From Phoronis australis (lineage: Eukaryota; Animalia; Phoronida): a stretch of DNA of 64,000 bases. Where the stretch lies: the NCBI GenBank assembly GCA_002633005.1, contig NMRA01000061.1, forward strand, positions 558,274 through 622,273, given 5' to 3'. Positions within the stretch are counted from its first letter, which is position 1. Every line of letters starts with the position of its first letter. Of this stretch, positions 63,701-64,000 are shown piece after piece. The translations under genes were made by a program, and so were the position numbers. The notes below the pieces were generated by a model. It saw nothing but the letters and a program-made list of their open reading frames with translations, ran no database searches and was not told where the DNA came from.

Positions 63701-64000
63701 GTAGCCACTGAGGCCTCCAGCCAGAAGTAGGCAGTATGAATACGTCATAGTGACGTAACGGGAGCTGATATATCGTTCCAGCTCAGGTAACCAGCCGTCT
63801 TCCAAACAGTTCTAATAATTGTGCCTAAGGCTTGTTATTCGGAAAATGTACGTTATCTCAACTGATTTCAATAAAGTTTTAGAACAATCGGTTGTCGGTC
63901 AATTACAAGTGGTGAATCTGGAGTAGGGCATTCCTCAAACAACTTGGTCTTGGGTAGAAGGTACTGCGAAATTAAAGCATAATTTTTGTAGATATTATTT
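60777..64000 (-). mobile_element. Degenerate Academ-type (XPG-like + Cys-rich) DNA transposon, runs off the window
   Basis: YFLALDLQNYARWVPVHIQDM, IAIDQADEQNN..GAIGLTENP, HENHSWPPSL..KSQLL, HEESDTR, GKKTAWETW and C-terminal LIKCVCK..CTSLCKC. Candidate terminus TAGACC at 60777. Confidence 0.7.

Overview
Repeat-rich animal genomic DNA from a draft assembly with N gaps; the repeat families suggest a marine invertebrate, but the species cannot be identified from sequence. The ORF track misses the main signal: a minus-strand tandem array of four spliced Ly6/uPAR (three-finger, LU-domain) genes, here called Ly6-1 to Ly6-4. Each has a 43-nt signal-peptide exon and a 113-116-nt second exon. Ly6-2, -3 and -4 also have a third exon with CCxxxxCN and a GPI-type tail; Ly6-1 exon 3 was not found. 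Ly6-2 and Ly6-3 lie in a recent head-to-tail duplication (8931-24840 / 24841-44299), and Ly6-4 is an older copy. Each paralog carries its own transposon insertions. These include a 666-bp foldback element, a Gypsy/Mag element with identical 113-bp LTRs, a tyrosine-recombinase retroelement, RNase H LINEs and two TTAA-flanked Kolobok-type elements with THAP and P2X7-ballast-like gene remnants. HERO-like, Penelope-like and Academ-like relics and many MITEs are also present. All translations and alignments were done by eye; family names come from remembered motifs and need database confirmation.
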